Positions 22,384-35,419 are shown, counted from the stretch's first letter. The stretch: 64,000 nt of DNA from Anthoceros angustus (GCA_010909165.1 MU008165.1:1860001-1924000); one strand, 5' to 3'. Program-made: numbers and translations. Notes: a model not told the origin generated them from the sequence alone.

Positions 22384-23159
22384 AAGCGGATCACGGGACA
22401 TGTTGACGCTTCTGGTGGTAGAAGGAGCAGGCTTCGGAGCGGTTTGGACATGTTGCTTAGTAATGCCTTCGTCTTCCAGCACCGAGATACATTACCGGAC
22501 AAGATGTGGAGCTCTGTATGGATTCAGGCGGATTCGTTGATGTTGCTGAAGTGCATACTGCTTTTGCCACGCTTGATGGGACATGAGCCAAGTTTTTTGG
22601 TATGTATGTGCAGTAGCTGTGGTGCTCAACAGGTAGAATCATACTCCAGTGTAGCTTTAGATAGAATCATAGCATTCACTCAATGGAGGCTGACACGTTG
22701 AATTCAACCAGGGACGACGGTCCGCCCTAATTCGGGAACAGCGCCGCACTTTTCCCGTTGCTTGTCCAATTCGCGTTGTCTTTGTGGCCTTTGCCTTCCG
22801 TCTTCAAACTTCGCCACTCCAGTGTTGTCAGAGCAGATTTGCATGACAGGCCACCTTTGATGAAACTGAAGTATCTCTCCTCCAGGCTTATGTCTCTGGC
22901 AGGTGTTTGTCCTACAAGACGGTAAGTCGTGGAGGAGAACATTTACTGGAATACTGCGATGACTCTGACCTGATGAGTCTGCATCCGCCGATGTTTGTAC
23001 GCAGACCCCACACTCGCTCTTCCTAGCTAGCAGTAGGACCTAAGGTGGGTACTACCGGGTAAGCTGTTATAGTATAGATAGGTAGATTTTAAGTCAGACC
23101 AAACCTAGATTACAGGTACCATATTTAGTTATGGTTATGGTTGGGAATGCGGAGACTTA

Positions 23160-25145
23160 TAAACATGCATAGATGGGAAGTCCCATGCACCGAGGCGATG
23201 GGGAGCAATCCCCAAGGGTCCCAAGGGTGGGAACTTGCACCTCTCTATGCAGATTGAAAGAAGAAGTGTGACCTTCGCAGCCTCGTGGTCCTAAGTGCAC
23301 ACACGACCATCCAGCAGGTGCACGGAGTAGTATTGGCCCATAACTAGTTACTGGAAGGAAGTTTGCTTGCTCTAGGGACGGGTAATATGCTTCGTGGTCA
23401 CATGCATTGCAACAGTGCACTTTGCAAAAAAAAGGTTGAACCTTCATCCCTAGGATCTGCAAGCTCTACAAAGTTGTCTCCAAGCTCCTAGACCAATAGG
23501 TCTGCGAGTTCAGAGACATACTCACTTGCAACCCCCATCGTCAGCAGCATTGAGCGGCCCATCCTCTTCAAGAGCATTTAGCAACAATGGTCCAGTGCAC
23601 CGCCAGGTCTAAATTTGACCAACAACGTCCTTATTGTCCAGCCTCAAAGTAACTAAATGCCAACTGCTTGTATGGGGTACTATCTCACATGCTGCATGGT
23701 CACTATCCATGCAAACAGCACAAAAATACGATACATGCCGCATCTTGAGCCGAGGGTTGGTTGCATCCACTGAGTCCCCGTAAATATGTGCCTGCCTTTA
23801 GAACACGGGATTGGTGCTCACCCCCACCGCTGCCTGCGGTTGACTTCCATCAACCAAAAAACCCACTATCCCTACCTTTCACCAATTGCATAGGATGTTG
23901 TCCCATTAGATATTTTGGAACAAAGGAACTCGACAACGTCTGCAAAACTCTGCAACCTTGTTGATGATGACACCTCTTTGGTGCATAGTACCCTCTTTAA
24001 TATGGCACCTTCCCCGTCGTGTTTGTCATGCCGTATGACACTAATCTGAGCACTAGGGTTAGTGTTTGATTAGTGGTAATTAATCTAAGTATTATCTTGA
24101 AATAAATAATTAATACTAAGTAATCTAAATTAGTTATGTTAATTAAGTAATAATTTGAGTTAATTAACATGGTTAGCAATAGCTAAGTGGAGAAGCACAA
24201 ATTATATGCTTTAGGATATTCCTTGCATATTATAGTGTATTCTTAGGATATTTCCGGCACATGCTCATGCCAATAGGATATATGAGGAATATGCCGATGC
24301 CAAGGGCTAGTATATATAGACCCTTTCATAGAGGACAAGCTCTGATCATAGCTTGTCTTCTATACATGCAATACATGAGTGTTGTGAGGAGGCCAAAGGT
24401 ATGACCCCAAGAGCGATGTGTGAGGAATTTGCAAGTTGTTCTTACCGCAAGAGCAACATGTTGTTCTCGCGGGGAGGGTGTGTTTGTACCATGACGTGCG
24501 GGTTTTTCTCTCCTATTCTTGTTGGTTGGCACCCATATTGGCATATTAGATTTGTTTTGCTTGGTTGTCTATTAAGGAAGTGCTCATTTGAATACAATTG
24601 CTTACCTCGTGCGACATGCTCCCCTCTTCTGTATCCTGACCCAAAATAACTCCATAGCATTTTGCATCCCCTAGTTAGACTTGGGTACCTTGCCACAAAA
24701 TAGCTTGGTCTCCAAGCCTTAAATTGAGAAGCTACACCATCAGACCACATCCAATGCTCCCGTGGTCTCTTGTATCCATTGGACATCTAGTCCTAGTGTA
24801 GCATAAGGGCTTGTTGGACAAAGAGAGTGTCATGTTGCATGTCATTATTAATGTAAAAGTGGTAAAACTTTTGAACATTTCCTCCTCCACCACTGGCCCC
24901 ATCCGCATGTATGTGACATGGACTAGGATAATAACTTGATTATCATGCCAACGCATTGATTGTATCTCATTTTGAACTTGGAAAACATCATTCTGCGAGA
25001 AGTCAATAACAAAAATTACCACATCCTCAGGAAACCAATCAATGCATTTCCAAAACTCCAAGGCTTGCCATCTATGGATGAAATCATGTAACAAGGTCTT
25101 TTTAGAAATAGTGACACACTCCACTTTTCGGAGACGGGCCAAAGA
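23160..25145 (-). mobile_element. Decayed DDE DNA transposase (Sola2-like motif set), interrupted by a solo LTR
   Basis: VIDFSQN..VQNEIQSMRW, WSDGVASQFK, and YFGSG(YRR)GEH|DGEGAILKR rejoined across the LTR. Stops and frameshifts present. Superfamily assignment is from memory of motifs. Confidence 0.65.
24024..24616 (+). mobile_element. Solo LTR (593 bp, TG...CA)
   Basis: TGTCATGCCG...CGTGCGACA, homologous to 40479-41137 (reverse). Flanks TGTT/TGCT form a 4-bp TSD with one mismatch; TATA-like TATATATA at ~24310. Confidence 0.88.
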
Positions 25146-25479
25146 ACCAATAAATTTTACTGTTTTTTAAAATGAAAACGTTGAATTTGAGGGTTTTTAG
25201 AAAACAGGGGCTAAAAAAACCTCACATTACAAACCCGAAATTGGTCCCTATCATATTTCCAAGAGTACGTTGTCATTTTTCCACTGTCGGAGGGAGCATG
25301 GTTTAAAAATGGCCTTTCTATGGAAGAAAATTAGGGATTCTTACAAAATTGAGTGTTCTAAGCTCTTTTTCTACTTACCTTGTATTTTAATACGTATCAA
25401 TATGGAGCATAAAATGAAGGGAAAGCTAATTCAAAAAACAAAGCCTTTTGGAAAAAGCGATGCTTAAGTGCAAAAACTA

Positions 25480-26536
25480 GACACGAAGGCATGTTCAGAT
25501 AGAGATGCAAAGTTCCTGTCTCAGTTTTGGAAGGAGTTTTGTGCAAGCTTGGGCATGAAGCAGTGTTTGAGCTCGGCTTACCATCCTCAGTTTGACGGCG
25601 CCAACGAGAGGCAAAACCAAACGATGGAGGATTTGCTGCGTCCTTACTGCCACGACCGTCAGAGGAATTGGGAAGAAGCGCTGCCACTTGCTGAGTTTGC
25701 TTACAACTTAGCCCGTCACTCTGCAACTTGGTATTCGCCGTTCAAGCTGACATATGGAAAGAATATTCCACCACCAGGTGTGTGGCTGTTGCGGGCGTGA
25801 AGGTCAATCATCGAATGAGAGCATGCGCTAAGATTTCCAGGAAGCTGTGCAGAGAATGGCAACAATCAATGATCAGAGAGCAAAGCACGCCAACAAGAAA
25901 CGAAGAGATGAACAGCACGAGGTTGGCGACCTAGTGTGGCTGAGAGTGCGCCCTAATAGGTACTCCAAGCTGCTGGAAGGTAAGGCCAAGCTTGCCTATA
26001 GGTATGCCGGTCCATTTGCTGTTAGCAGGAAGGTCTCCACATTAGCTTATCAACTAGACCTGCCAGCACACTGGAAGATGTGCAAGACCTTCCACGTTTC
26101 CTTCTTGAAGAAGTTTGTAGGAGTCCTTCCATCACAGCAGTTTCTAGATGAGGTATCTGCAGAAGACAAGCAAGGAGAGGGAAGGAAGACTGTAGTTCGG
26201 CCTGAGTTCGAGCTCCTTAGAGAAGGAGAGCCACCTGCCAAAGAAGACATTCAGAGGAAGGAGGAGGGAGGAGTAAGCATGAAGGGGCAGCCTCTCAAGC
26301 GCAAGAATTTCAAAGTGGGAGATGCACTTATCTTGCAGCCGGCAGCCATCCTAGCCACAAGGGAGTGAGCTCTGCGTGGCCGGACCATCCGAGAATTCCT
26401 GGTGAGTTGGGAAGGCAACAACCAAGAAGAACCTAGTTGGGAATCTGAATCATTTGTGGACGCTTTCCAACATAAAGTTCAGAACAGATGGATTGGAACC
26501 AAGTCCTCCTGCGGAGAGCTAGAGCAACGAGGAGGA
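25480..26536 (+). mobile_element. Ty3/gypsy chromovirus remnant: integrase core C-half, GPF module, chromodomain and PPT
   Basis: SDRDAKFLSQFW, SSAYHPQFDGANERQNQ, LPLAEFAYN, EVGDLVWL, YAGPFAV, FHVSFLKK, EFLVSWEG..EEPSWE. Purine tract GAGGAGGA precedes TGTCACGG at 26537. Confidence 0.9.
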
Positions 26537-26800
26537 TGTCACGGCGGATTGAGCAAGCTCCAGCCGTGAAGGACATAGTCAATCGCGAGGCTATGGTAGA
26601 CACCCCACTGAGCCAGCTGATCTCTGGCCAGAGGGCCGTGGCGGCATATTGCTAAAGCATATTACTTGTGTTTATCCACTTAGCTATTGCTACCCACGTT
26701 TAATTAACACTAATCAATTATTAATTACCATAACCACTTCATATTAATAAATATTAATTACTTACTTAATGATAAGTCATTAGATTAATTAATGCTATAT
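26537..26800. mobile_element. Start of the chromovirus 3' LTR, followed by a fragment of the 24024/40479 LTR family
   Basis: TG start right after the PPT. 26645-26720 matches 40853-40920 (CTAAAGCATATTACTTG...CCACTTAGCTATTGCTA...TTTAATTAACACTAATCAAT). Confidence 0.6.
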
Positions 26801-26964
26801 ATAGATGAATTTAACGGAAATCAACATCACTATCTCTTTTTGGAATAGATGCCAATATAGCAATTCACACACAGCCGTTGAAAAATTACCAATTTAGTGG
26901 TTGCCAACATGAAGCCTGGTGAAAACCTACCAAATTTGTAGTTTCTCATGGGGTATAAATGGGC

Positions 26965-27400
26965 GAGACCTAAATCGAAACCGCTGCTCCGGACTATGAA
27001 CTTCGAAATCTTGTTATCCATTCTTCTTGCATGTAACTTTTCATAATCCTGTGATCTACGGTTGTTAAGGTTTGTTCATCAATCAAAATTGATGTTCTCC
27101 TTTATAGAGGGATGGGTGCATGCATAAATATTCCGGCATCTGTTAACGAATTCATTTTCTATACTTGTTCCCTTCAGGTGTTCCTAGAGGGCACGTAAAT
27201 TACCCAAAGGGCGACACCTAAACCGAAATAGTTCCTCCGCGCCATGAACTTCAAAATCTCATATTCTTGCAAATATCTTTAAATAATCCTTTGATCTACG
27301 GTTGTTAAGGTTTGTTCAATGAAGATTGATGTTCTCCTTTATAGAGGAATGGGTGTATGCATGTGTATTCTTGTACGTGTTAACGAATTCATTCTTTATG
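26965..27400. repeat. Old diverged tandem duplication (~190-bp copies, ~245-bp period)
   Basis: GATCTACGGTTGTTAAGGTTTGTTCA...TTGATGTTCTCCTTTATAGAGG...TTAACGAATTCATT occurs at ~27053 and ~27293. Confidence 0.8.
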
Positions 27401-27499
27401 AATTCGGTTGCAACTTTTCGGATGCAATCTTTTTGTCGATCATGAAACTTAGCATTCTCCCGGACGAAATCTGGCAAGTCTTCCAGCATCCACAAATTC

Positions 27500-29340
27500 T
27501 CCCATCTTCTGCGACACCCGAATGTCATTATCTTTATTACTAATGGAGGCCAATAATGTACAAGATCCACTATGTTATGCTCACAAAATATCCTTCACCG
27601 CATTGCAAAGCTTGATTTTCATCTTAAAGAGACTCTGTATAATCTTTCTCAAGATATTGTTGGTTTTGACTCGATTCACTTACGTAGTAGGGATTGATGA
27701 TACCTTGCACCAATGCAGCTCCTGGGCAACCTTTAGATGAAGCATTCAAGAACGTGATGTTTCCCAAAAGTATTGGCAAAACCGGGACGTTGTTTTCACC
27801 TGATGAGTACGTCAACGTATTCACCAATCACATCTCCACTGCTATATTCTATCAGAATATCAATGTCGTTGCAAACCATTGAGATAAGATTGTGCCCAAA
27901 TCTGTATTGATAAGAATGCATTCCTAAGTCGAGCTTAGAAAAGAGACGATTTCGTAAAACCGCCTAGAACAAGAAAACCAGGGAAGTAAATACAAAAAGC
28001 TACCCAGTATCTTTCTCATATTCTTCAACGAAAGTAATGTAAAGAAATATTGTGTACCTGAAAACTTGGGAAGAAACCCTTGGTTAAGAACGTTCGAAAT
28101 TGATCTTCACATTGTAAGCGGCGTCTGAAAAATTCGTATTCCGCATCTTTCTCAACTGTAGTTAGCCGTTGTAGAGCTCTCATACTACTGCTAGAGCCCG
28201 CATGCTAACTAATTGTTGTCGGAATGTAAAATCCTTGCGTTTTTCCATGTTCTAGAGGTGCTTCATAGCATAATTCCAACTCCACCATAATATTCACCAA
28301 GTCTTGGGTTTTTAAGTCAATATGATTAGGATCCTTTACAAATGTAGTAATAAGAACGTATTCAAGGTGCTCTCGTTCTATAAATCTTTGGCTAGTTGGT
28401 TCGATTAATGGACTATGTGATTGAATCAGTTCACCTAGAAATACGTGAGTGATTCAATTTGCATTCACTACTCTTAGATTATTATTTTTAAAAATAAATA
28501 ATATTTCACTATCATGTAAATAAGATGAGATGACAGTTACTATGTTATTTTGGTTAGCGCGCTCAAATGTCTACAACTTCTCAAGTTGTTGCACACAGAA
28601 GGCAACAACTCTTCTTCACCCATGAAAGGTTGAGAAGGATTTAGATATACGCACTTCATCAGGGCACTACTTACATTCTCACATACATAAGGTGCATTTA
28701 TAGATTTAATTTCTCACAAAATAGTTTCAACGTTCCAAACATTTTATACAATATATTATCCATATATTTTTTCTGAACAAGCATCATTTGCAGATCCAAA
28801 ACTAGACAAATTCTATTTACATCCTATTTTTAGATTATTTAATTTTATTATAATATATTCTAAATAAATTCTTCACAATTTTTAAATTTATCTAGGTGAG
28901 TGATTACAACCGACATTTATGCCTTCTTTCCACCTGTATTTTGAATATTAGATGAAATAAATCTTAATCAATACTTCAATTCATTTTCAAATTTCATGCT
29001 AACATCTTTGTCAGACATGACCTTGTTTAGGACGTCGTCAAAGGGACTAAACACAAACAAAATTAAGCAAGCTTGGTGAATATTAGGAAAGAGATAATCA
29101 TGAAGGATGCAATACTCAGCTCGACCGACTAAATCTCAAATGCTTACTTGCAACTCCTCCTTGTAATGAATAAGGGACTCCACTTCTATCCCTACTGTCT
29201 TTCTCCACAACAGACCTTATTTTCTCAAAAGTGGCAGCCAACCCTTTTTTAGAGAGTGGGTTTGAAAATGAACCATGGTGTATCGTTATTATCGTAATGT
29301 GGTTTTCCCTTGAAAAAATGTAAATATATGAGTTAATATA
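27500..29340 (-). other. Possible AT-rich multi-exon gene or pseudogene, unidentified
   Basis: Several open, protein-like segments with candidate splice sites (KGLAATFEKIRSVVEKD; GELIQSHSPLIEP; RALQRLTTVEKDAEYEFFRRRLQ; GENNVPVLPILLG). No full model was built. Confidence 0.3.
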
Positions 29341-29569
29341 CAAAAAAATTAAAAAATAAACTATTTTTATTAGATAACAAAGAACATTATTACCTGCCCA
29401 CGGTGGACGGCAAAGGATGAGTCTGCTACTTTAGGAGTCACAAATTTGAAATGCTGCCCCCGTAAACTGTGGGATGAGCCCTACGTTTCGTTGCATTTTT
29501 TCCCTCACTAGTGCATCTTACCCTCACTATTGCCTACTTTCCTTCTTCCCACCATTTTGGAACATGTAG

Positions 29570-29628
29570 GTTTATTCCATGCAAGGTTATATTCCATGCA
29601 AGGTTATATTCCTTGCAAGGTTATATTC
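29570..29628. repeat. 17-bp minisatellite (GCAAGGTTATATTCCAT) ~3.5 copies
   Basis: Directly visible. Confidence 0.8.
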
Positions 29629-29735
29629 CTATCCAAGCTTTGCATACGCTCCACAAAGATTTCCCCGTTTTCAAAAGCTTCGGATAAGGAGAGACTCGGC
29701 ACAGTTCTATTTTCTAGGAGCGATCTTAAAAATAT

Positions 29736-30400
29736 TTGATTGAAATCCTGGCTCTATCCTCTGCTCAACAGCTTTGTCGTTTTGATAATTCTCGTTTTGT
29801 CCACCTCCAACCCTGCCTTTGCTTCATCACATCTAGAGTCTGTTGCAATCAATTCTTCCAGCACATGATTAGCGCGCAACACGAGATTAACGTCGGGCAA
29901 GTGTTATTCCCTCATCACCTGCATGTGAAGGCAAACCACAGATTTGTTCCCCTGCGTCACACCAATGTCGGTGTTATTCCTTTCCGACGCCGGTCCCGTT
30001 CGAAGCAAATCGCCTACTGCTTCTTCACCACCTCCCTCGAGCAATTGCTGCAACGAAGTACTCCTCGCCAAGGACTGCCCTATCATTTGCGCGCCTTCCA
30101 CATCCAACCCCATATCCGCCATCCCCAAGCGTTGCAGGGAAGGGCACACTCACTGTGTGATGAAGCAACAGTACGGCCCCTCCTGTTGCACCGCCGCCAC
30201 CCACATTGTTCCCTCACAGCAGCAGGAGGCGGAGCGCCGAGTGGGGGCCGGCCTCCAGCGCCCTGCGAAGGTGACCCAATCTGCCTGCATTCATCTCGAT
30301 ATAGTCCAACATCAACTCGCGGAGGTTGGGACTGAAGCGGAGAAAGCCCTCCAGGGCCGCACATGCAGCTTCACTCCCCGTCATACAGGCATTGCTAAGC
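29736..30400 (-). pseudogene. RNI/RanGAP-like leucine-rich-repeat pseudogene
   Basis: SPNLRELMLDY, ALRLLLL*GNNVGGGGA, LQRLGMADMGLDVEGAQMIGQSLARSTSLQQL, LRANHVLEEL; in-frame TGA and a frameshift. Confidence 0.6.
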
Positions 30401-30730
30401 TGCAAGCGGGCACTGCCGTAGATTAGGTGTAGTCTCGTGCTTAGTAGTTTTTTGTGCTATCATAATTCGTCTTTGTCGTGGAGGTCTTTTTATTTTCTTG
30501 TAAGAAATGAGGGCTTTACATGTGGCACATCTGGGATTGGCAGAGTTCAGCAGTGGTGGTCCGCTTCCTGTGATCCTGGACTCCGACGATCACTCCGCAG
30601 CGTATGCATTGTGCTGTGAAGCACTGTGCCAGTGGAACAGTCTCTTCCTCTAGCTTCCTGTTCTGCTCCTGCCGGCAGCTGCTGTCAGGCTCAATCTTTT
30701 GGAGCGAATTGTGGCTAGGACGGCTGCAGA

Positions 30731-32695
30731 ATGGCGCAGCTAAGCTCAACTCCGCGACTTATGATCGTCTCGGATCTTGATCACACCATGGTAAATTTCT
30801 GTGTCGTTGGATGGATCAGTGATTTTCTTTTGTGGAGTTTGGCAACAAGAGTACCAGGTCTGGAACACTTGAATTGCTGTTGCAGGTTGATCATCATGAT
30901 GAGGATAATACCTCTCTACTTAGGTTCAATGCGCTCTGGCAAGCGGAGTACAATTTTGACTCCACGCTGGTGTTCTCCACCGGGAGGTCTCCGACCTTGT
31001 ACAAGGAGCTCAGGAGTGCCAAGCCCTTGGCTACGCCACACATTGCGATTATGTCGGTTGGGACGGAAATTATGTACGGGGATACCATGACTCCTGACTC
31101 TGCTTGGGAGGAGGTGCTCAATGAAGGGTGGGATCGGAGTGTTGTTGTGGAGGAGGCGAAAAAGTACTCCCAGCTGAGCTTTCAGGTGTGGTGGTTGGGG
31201 GCTTCAATCTGTTATGGTTGCATGGATTATGTCCTTGTCAAGTTCCTTATGTTCCTAGTCCAGTCCATTTTTTGTCATTACCGAAGTGTGCGTGTGCCTT
31301 GCAGGCAGACACAGAACAAAGACCTCACAAAGTTAGCTTTAGTTGCCGGAAGGCAGATGCTGAAGAAGTTGTGGCGAGTTTATCAGAAAGATTGAGAAAC
31401 CGTGGGGTGAGCACAAACATTACACAGGCTCCGTAGGGGCCTTTGCTGCTTTCCTTCTGAGCCTAGTGAAGATTGGCGTCTGACCATGATGCATCTGCGA
31501 TTGTGAACAGCTGGAAGCTAAAATCATCTACAGTGGGGGCACTGATCTGGACGTGTTGCCGAAAGGAGCGGGGAAAGGAGAGGCTCTGGCTTACCTTCTG
31601 CGGAGGTACGAGGCGGAGGGAAATTCTCCAAGGACTACACTCGTCTGTGGTGATTCTGGAAATGATGCAGAACTTTTCAGTGTGCCAGGCGTTCATGGGG
31701 TCATAGTAAGTGATAAAACTATGCATGAGAAGCTTCAAAAATTCTCTGTCATAATAGTGTGGCCGATGTGCAGATCACGGCAGTCTCCTGACACCGCCTT
31801 CACTCATGCAGGTAGGCAATGCCCAGGAGGAGTTGCTGCAATGGCATGACCTGAATGCTAAAAACAATCCCAAAATTTTCCTGGCAACGGAAAGGTGTGC
31901 AGCTGGGATTCTACAAGCATTGCAGCACTTCAAAATTGAACCCAGTGTTTCTCCCCGGGATGTTGATCCAATCCAGGGTCCTTCCACAATTGAAGCTGGA
32001 AGCTCGGCAGCCCCGGCACACCTTATTGTCGAGCAACTTCTAGTTTATGAACATTACATTCGCGGAGAAGTTGACGACAGTGAAGCTGTTTTTGATTTCT
32101 TCAACAGTCTCTTGGTAAATGACGCAGTTGTCTTGTCCAGAATGTGTTGTGGTGGAGAGGAGCATTACTCTGCTGTTGACGAAGGTGTTGTCTGCAGGCA
32201 GAAGATGCAGAAGGTGTGAGCCCGATCGGCCTGAGGTATCGTCCCAGGGATGCCATCCAAGAACTGAGATCGAAATATGGTTCTTTGAAGGGCTCAAAAT
32301 TCCGGGTGTGGGCGGATCGAGTTCGTCCAACGAGGCTTGGGGAGGATGGCTGGCTTGTAACCTTTGACAGATGGCAACGAAGTGGTAGGCTCTGTACCAT
32401 TCAAGAGTTTGTACCAGACTGTGCAACACATGACTGTGATGGCCTGTAATCGCCATTTGTTGTATGTGCAGATACAGACGTTTCCTGCAGAGTCTCTACT
32501 GCAGTTCTGACAGCCAAGGTATGTTCAGTCCGACTATTTCTTACTTCAAATTCATTTTGTGCTCTTCACAACGCTGAGCCTGTTCCATTATGCTTGTCTA
32601 ATACGTGCATTCACCTCCAGGATGGTGCACGCTATGGCCTGCATTTGATCCGAATTCACGAAACATTGTTGTCAGATTCCATTAAGCATGCCTAA
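30731..32695 (+). CDS. SPP: Sucrose-phosphate phosphatase (HAD S6PP plus S6PP_C domain), multi-exon
   Basis: RLMIVSDLDHTMVDH, LVFSTGRSP, SVGTEI, EQRPHKVSF, IIYSGGTDLDVLP, CGDSGNDAELF, GNAQEELL, ERCAAGI; last exon 32621-32695. Confidence 0.96.
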
Positions 32696-33332
32696 ACTGA
32701 GCTGCTTCAGGAGAACGCGTAGGCTGCACACTTCCTAGTCATCTCATTTCTCTTTTGAAATTCAGCTTTGCGGAACACTTCCTGGTCATCTCATATCTCT
32801 TTTGGGATTCAGTTTTGTGGCTGAGATCTTGTAGAGATGTTTCTTCATGAGACAGTATTGTTAACAAAACTGTCAGTTATTTCTGGACGGGATCGGAGTT
32901 GCAAGAGTGATGTGGTTACCCAAGTGGTGGAACTTCAACCTGGAGACCCGTGCGAGAACTCCTGGTCGTTAACGACTTTGACTTGCCCATGCCTATAGTC
33001 TAACCACCTTGTGAACAATGCACCTTGTGAACCTGGCAGTTTGCAGATCATTAGTTAGAACACATGTTATCAATTATTGATCCATTTTTTGCTTCTGGAT
33101 TCTGAACTCACCAGAGTTGCCGGGTCACCGTGACAGACATGACTTCTCTGAGAGCTTTGTTGCTATAATGCAGCGCTTGGGAGCAATATTAATGCAGCAT
33201 CTTTGATCTCCCAGCACTCGGCCTCCTCAAAGAGCAGAGCGAATAGCAGAGCATGTGGTCCCTGCATCCACTTTACCTCCGAGATCGAGTGTTTGTCTGC
33301 CCTTTCTCGATATTTTTCTCGTCTTTATTCTC

Positions 33333-34724
33333 CTAGGGCTTGGACGCCTTCTCCTCTGCTTTCTTTACCTGTGGTTTTTCCACCTCCGGCTTTGTCTCCT
33401 CGGGCTTCTTGTCGTCTGCCTTCTTTTCCTCAGGCTTGTTCTCCTCCGGCTTCGTGTCGTCTGCCTTCTTTTCCTCAGGCTTGTTCTCCTCTGGCTTCTT
33501 GTCGTCTGCCTTCTTTTCCTCAGGCTTGTTCTCCTCTGGCTTCTTGTTGTCTACCTTCGTCTCTTCAGGCTTCTTCTCTTCTGGCTTCTTGTCGTCTGCC
33601 TTCTTTTCCTCAGGCTTCTTCTCCTCTGGCTTCTTGTCGTCTGCCTTCTTTTCCTCAGGCTTCTTTTCCTCTACTTTGGCCGCCTCCGCTTTAGTCCCGT
33701 CGTCCACCGTGGGACTCCCTTCCTTTTTCTCCTCCGCCTTCCCCTTCTTCCCTTTCTTCTTCTTCCCCTTCTTTCCCTTCTTCCCCTCCCCACCCTCCTC
33801 GGCCCCCTCCTTTTTTGGGGGTGGATTCAGAATTTTCTGCAATTTCTCTTCGTACTCGTCTTTCTTCATCTTCCCCATCTGCAACGCTTTCTGCAACTTC
33901 TTAATCTTCTTAGCGTTCTTTTTCCGCCTCTTCTCCGCCTCAATCGCCTCCCTTTCAGCAGTAATCCGCGCCTCCTCAGCAAGCCTGATAGCCTCAAGCG
34001 CCGCGCGCTCCCTCGCCAAATCCTCCTCCTCGATCCTCTTCTCCTCCGCCGCAATCGCATCCCGCCGGGCCTGGTCCTTAGCCTCCTGCACCCTCTCCTG
34101 CATGTCCAACTCCTGCTGCCTCAGAATCTCGTCCTCCCGCTCCTCCTTGAGCCGCGTCTTCCTCTCAAGCTCCTCAGCCCTGAGCGCCGCCACCGCGCTC
34201 TCCCCTCCGACCATCAGGCCCTTCACCATCCTGGCTATGTCCGAGTTGAGAATGGACATGTGCAACGCGTTGTTCCCGAACTCATTCTTGGCAAACACGG
34301 ATGCGCCGGCCTGAAGCAACAGGCTCGCCACCTCGAAATAGTTGGCTCCAGCTGCCAGGTGCAGCGCCGTGTTGCCATACTCCCCCCGTGCGTCCACATC
34401 CACGCCCTTCTCCAGAAGCGTGGTCACCAGCTCCTCGTCTCCTCTCACAGCGGCCCAATGCAAGACTGTGTCTCCTGCCGCGTCCTGCAACGTAGGATTT
34501 GCTCCTTTCTTCAGCAGCATTTGGACAATATCCTTGCGATCCATTTTTGCGGCCAGAATCAAAGGAGTGCTCAGGGTCTCTGGCTGCGGCAAATCTATGC
34601 CTTCACCCCGCAAAATTGCTTCCAGCACTTTGTCTACATCAGCCTCTTCCACAGCTTCCCAAACTGCCAGTGGCTCCACTGATGAATCCTCGGATTTATC
34701 ATCGTCTGCTGCTGCCGGCTCCAT
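33333..34724 (-). CDS. Ankyrin-repeat protein with coiled coil and Lys/Glu-rich tandem-repeat tail (463 aa, single exon as seen)
   Basis: About 4 ANK repeats (STPLILAAK, GDTVLHWAA, GNTALHLAA, GNNALHMS), an E/A/R-rich coil and EEKKADDKKP-EEKKP repeats. ATG at 34724. Confidence 0.88.
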   Translation of the reverse strand: MEPAAADDDKSEDSSVEPLAVWEAVEEADVDKVLEAILRGEGIDLPQPETLSTPLILAAKMDRKDIVQMLLKKGANPTLQDAAGDTVLHWAAVRGDEELVTTLLEKGVDVDARGEYGNTALHLAAGANYFEVASLLLQAGASVFAKNEFGNNALHMSILNSDIARMVKGLMVGGESAVAALRAEELERKTRLKEEREDEILRQQELDMQERVQEAKDQARRDAIAAEEKRIEEEDLARERAALEAIRLAEEARITAEREAIEAEKRRKKNAKKIKKLQKALQMGKMKKDEYEEKLQKILNPPPKKEGAEEGGEGKKGKKGKKKKGKKGKAEEKKEGSPTVDDGTKAEAAKVEEKKPEEKKADDKKPEEKKPEEKKADDKKPEEKKPEETKVDNKKPEENKPEEKKADDKKPEENKPEEKKADDTKPEENKPEEKKADDKKPEETKPEVEKPQVKKAEEKASKP

Positions 34725-35419
34725 TGCCAATGCATCACTGGACTTTACATACGTGTCAGGCTATGGCGCTCGGGTTAAAGGTACCAACTGCCGAACTCCA
34801 CCATGCTTTCCACAAAGGCCTCCCTCTTACACAGATACAGGAACATGACATCCACCGATAGTTCGATTTCTGTGATCTCACGGACAAACGTTTTCATGCA
34901 CTCGAGAAGAAACAAAGCTTAAAACAGAAGCCCTAATAATTCCCCTGCCCATTATGAGGAGCGGTCCTGGACTCCTGGTAGATAATGAATACCTTTTTTA
35001 GCTACCTAGAGGCAACAATATTTCTATACATTTTCTTTTCCATGTTTATGATAAAATATGAGCATCCTTTGGTGGAGAAGTTATTACCTACCTCGTGGAG
35101 AGCGCTCCTTTGCTAATTTTTTAGGTTAGCGCTTAGAATTCTTTTTGATTTATTTCAAGTAATTTTTATTGGTCATATTATCTCTTATTTCATAAAAATA
35201 TATCCCCACTTGTGCTTAGTGTACGCATACAAGTTATGCTCACGCCGGGGACTAAGACCATCTTTGTAAACAAAAGTTTGCAAATCGAATGTTTGTTCTT
35301 TATTGCCTCAAGTAATTTGTGTGTATCTTGAGGCAACAAGTGGTTTTGAAGGCTAATGGGTACCAAGCACTCTCTGGAAAGATGGCATCAAACCCCCTTA
35401 TACATGTAAATATGTTTAT

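Noticed and set aside
33255-34682. Long Leu-rich and Phe/Ser-rich + strand ORFs (475 and 324 aa)
   Set aside because: Antisense shadows of the K/E-rich ankyrin gene.
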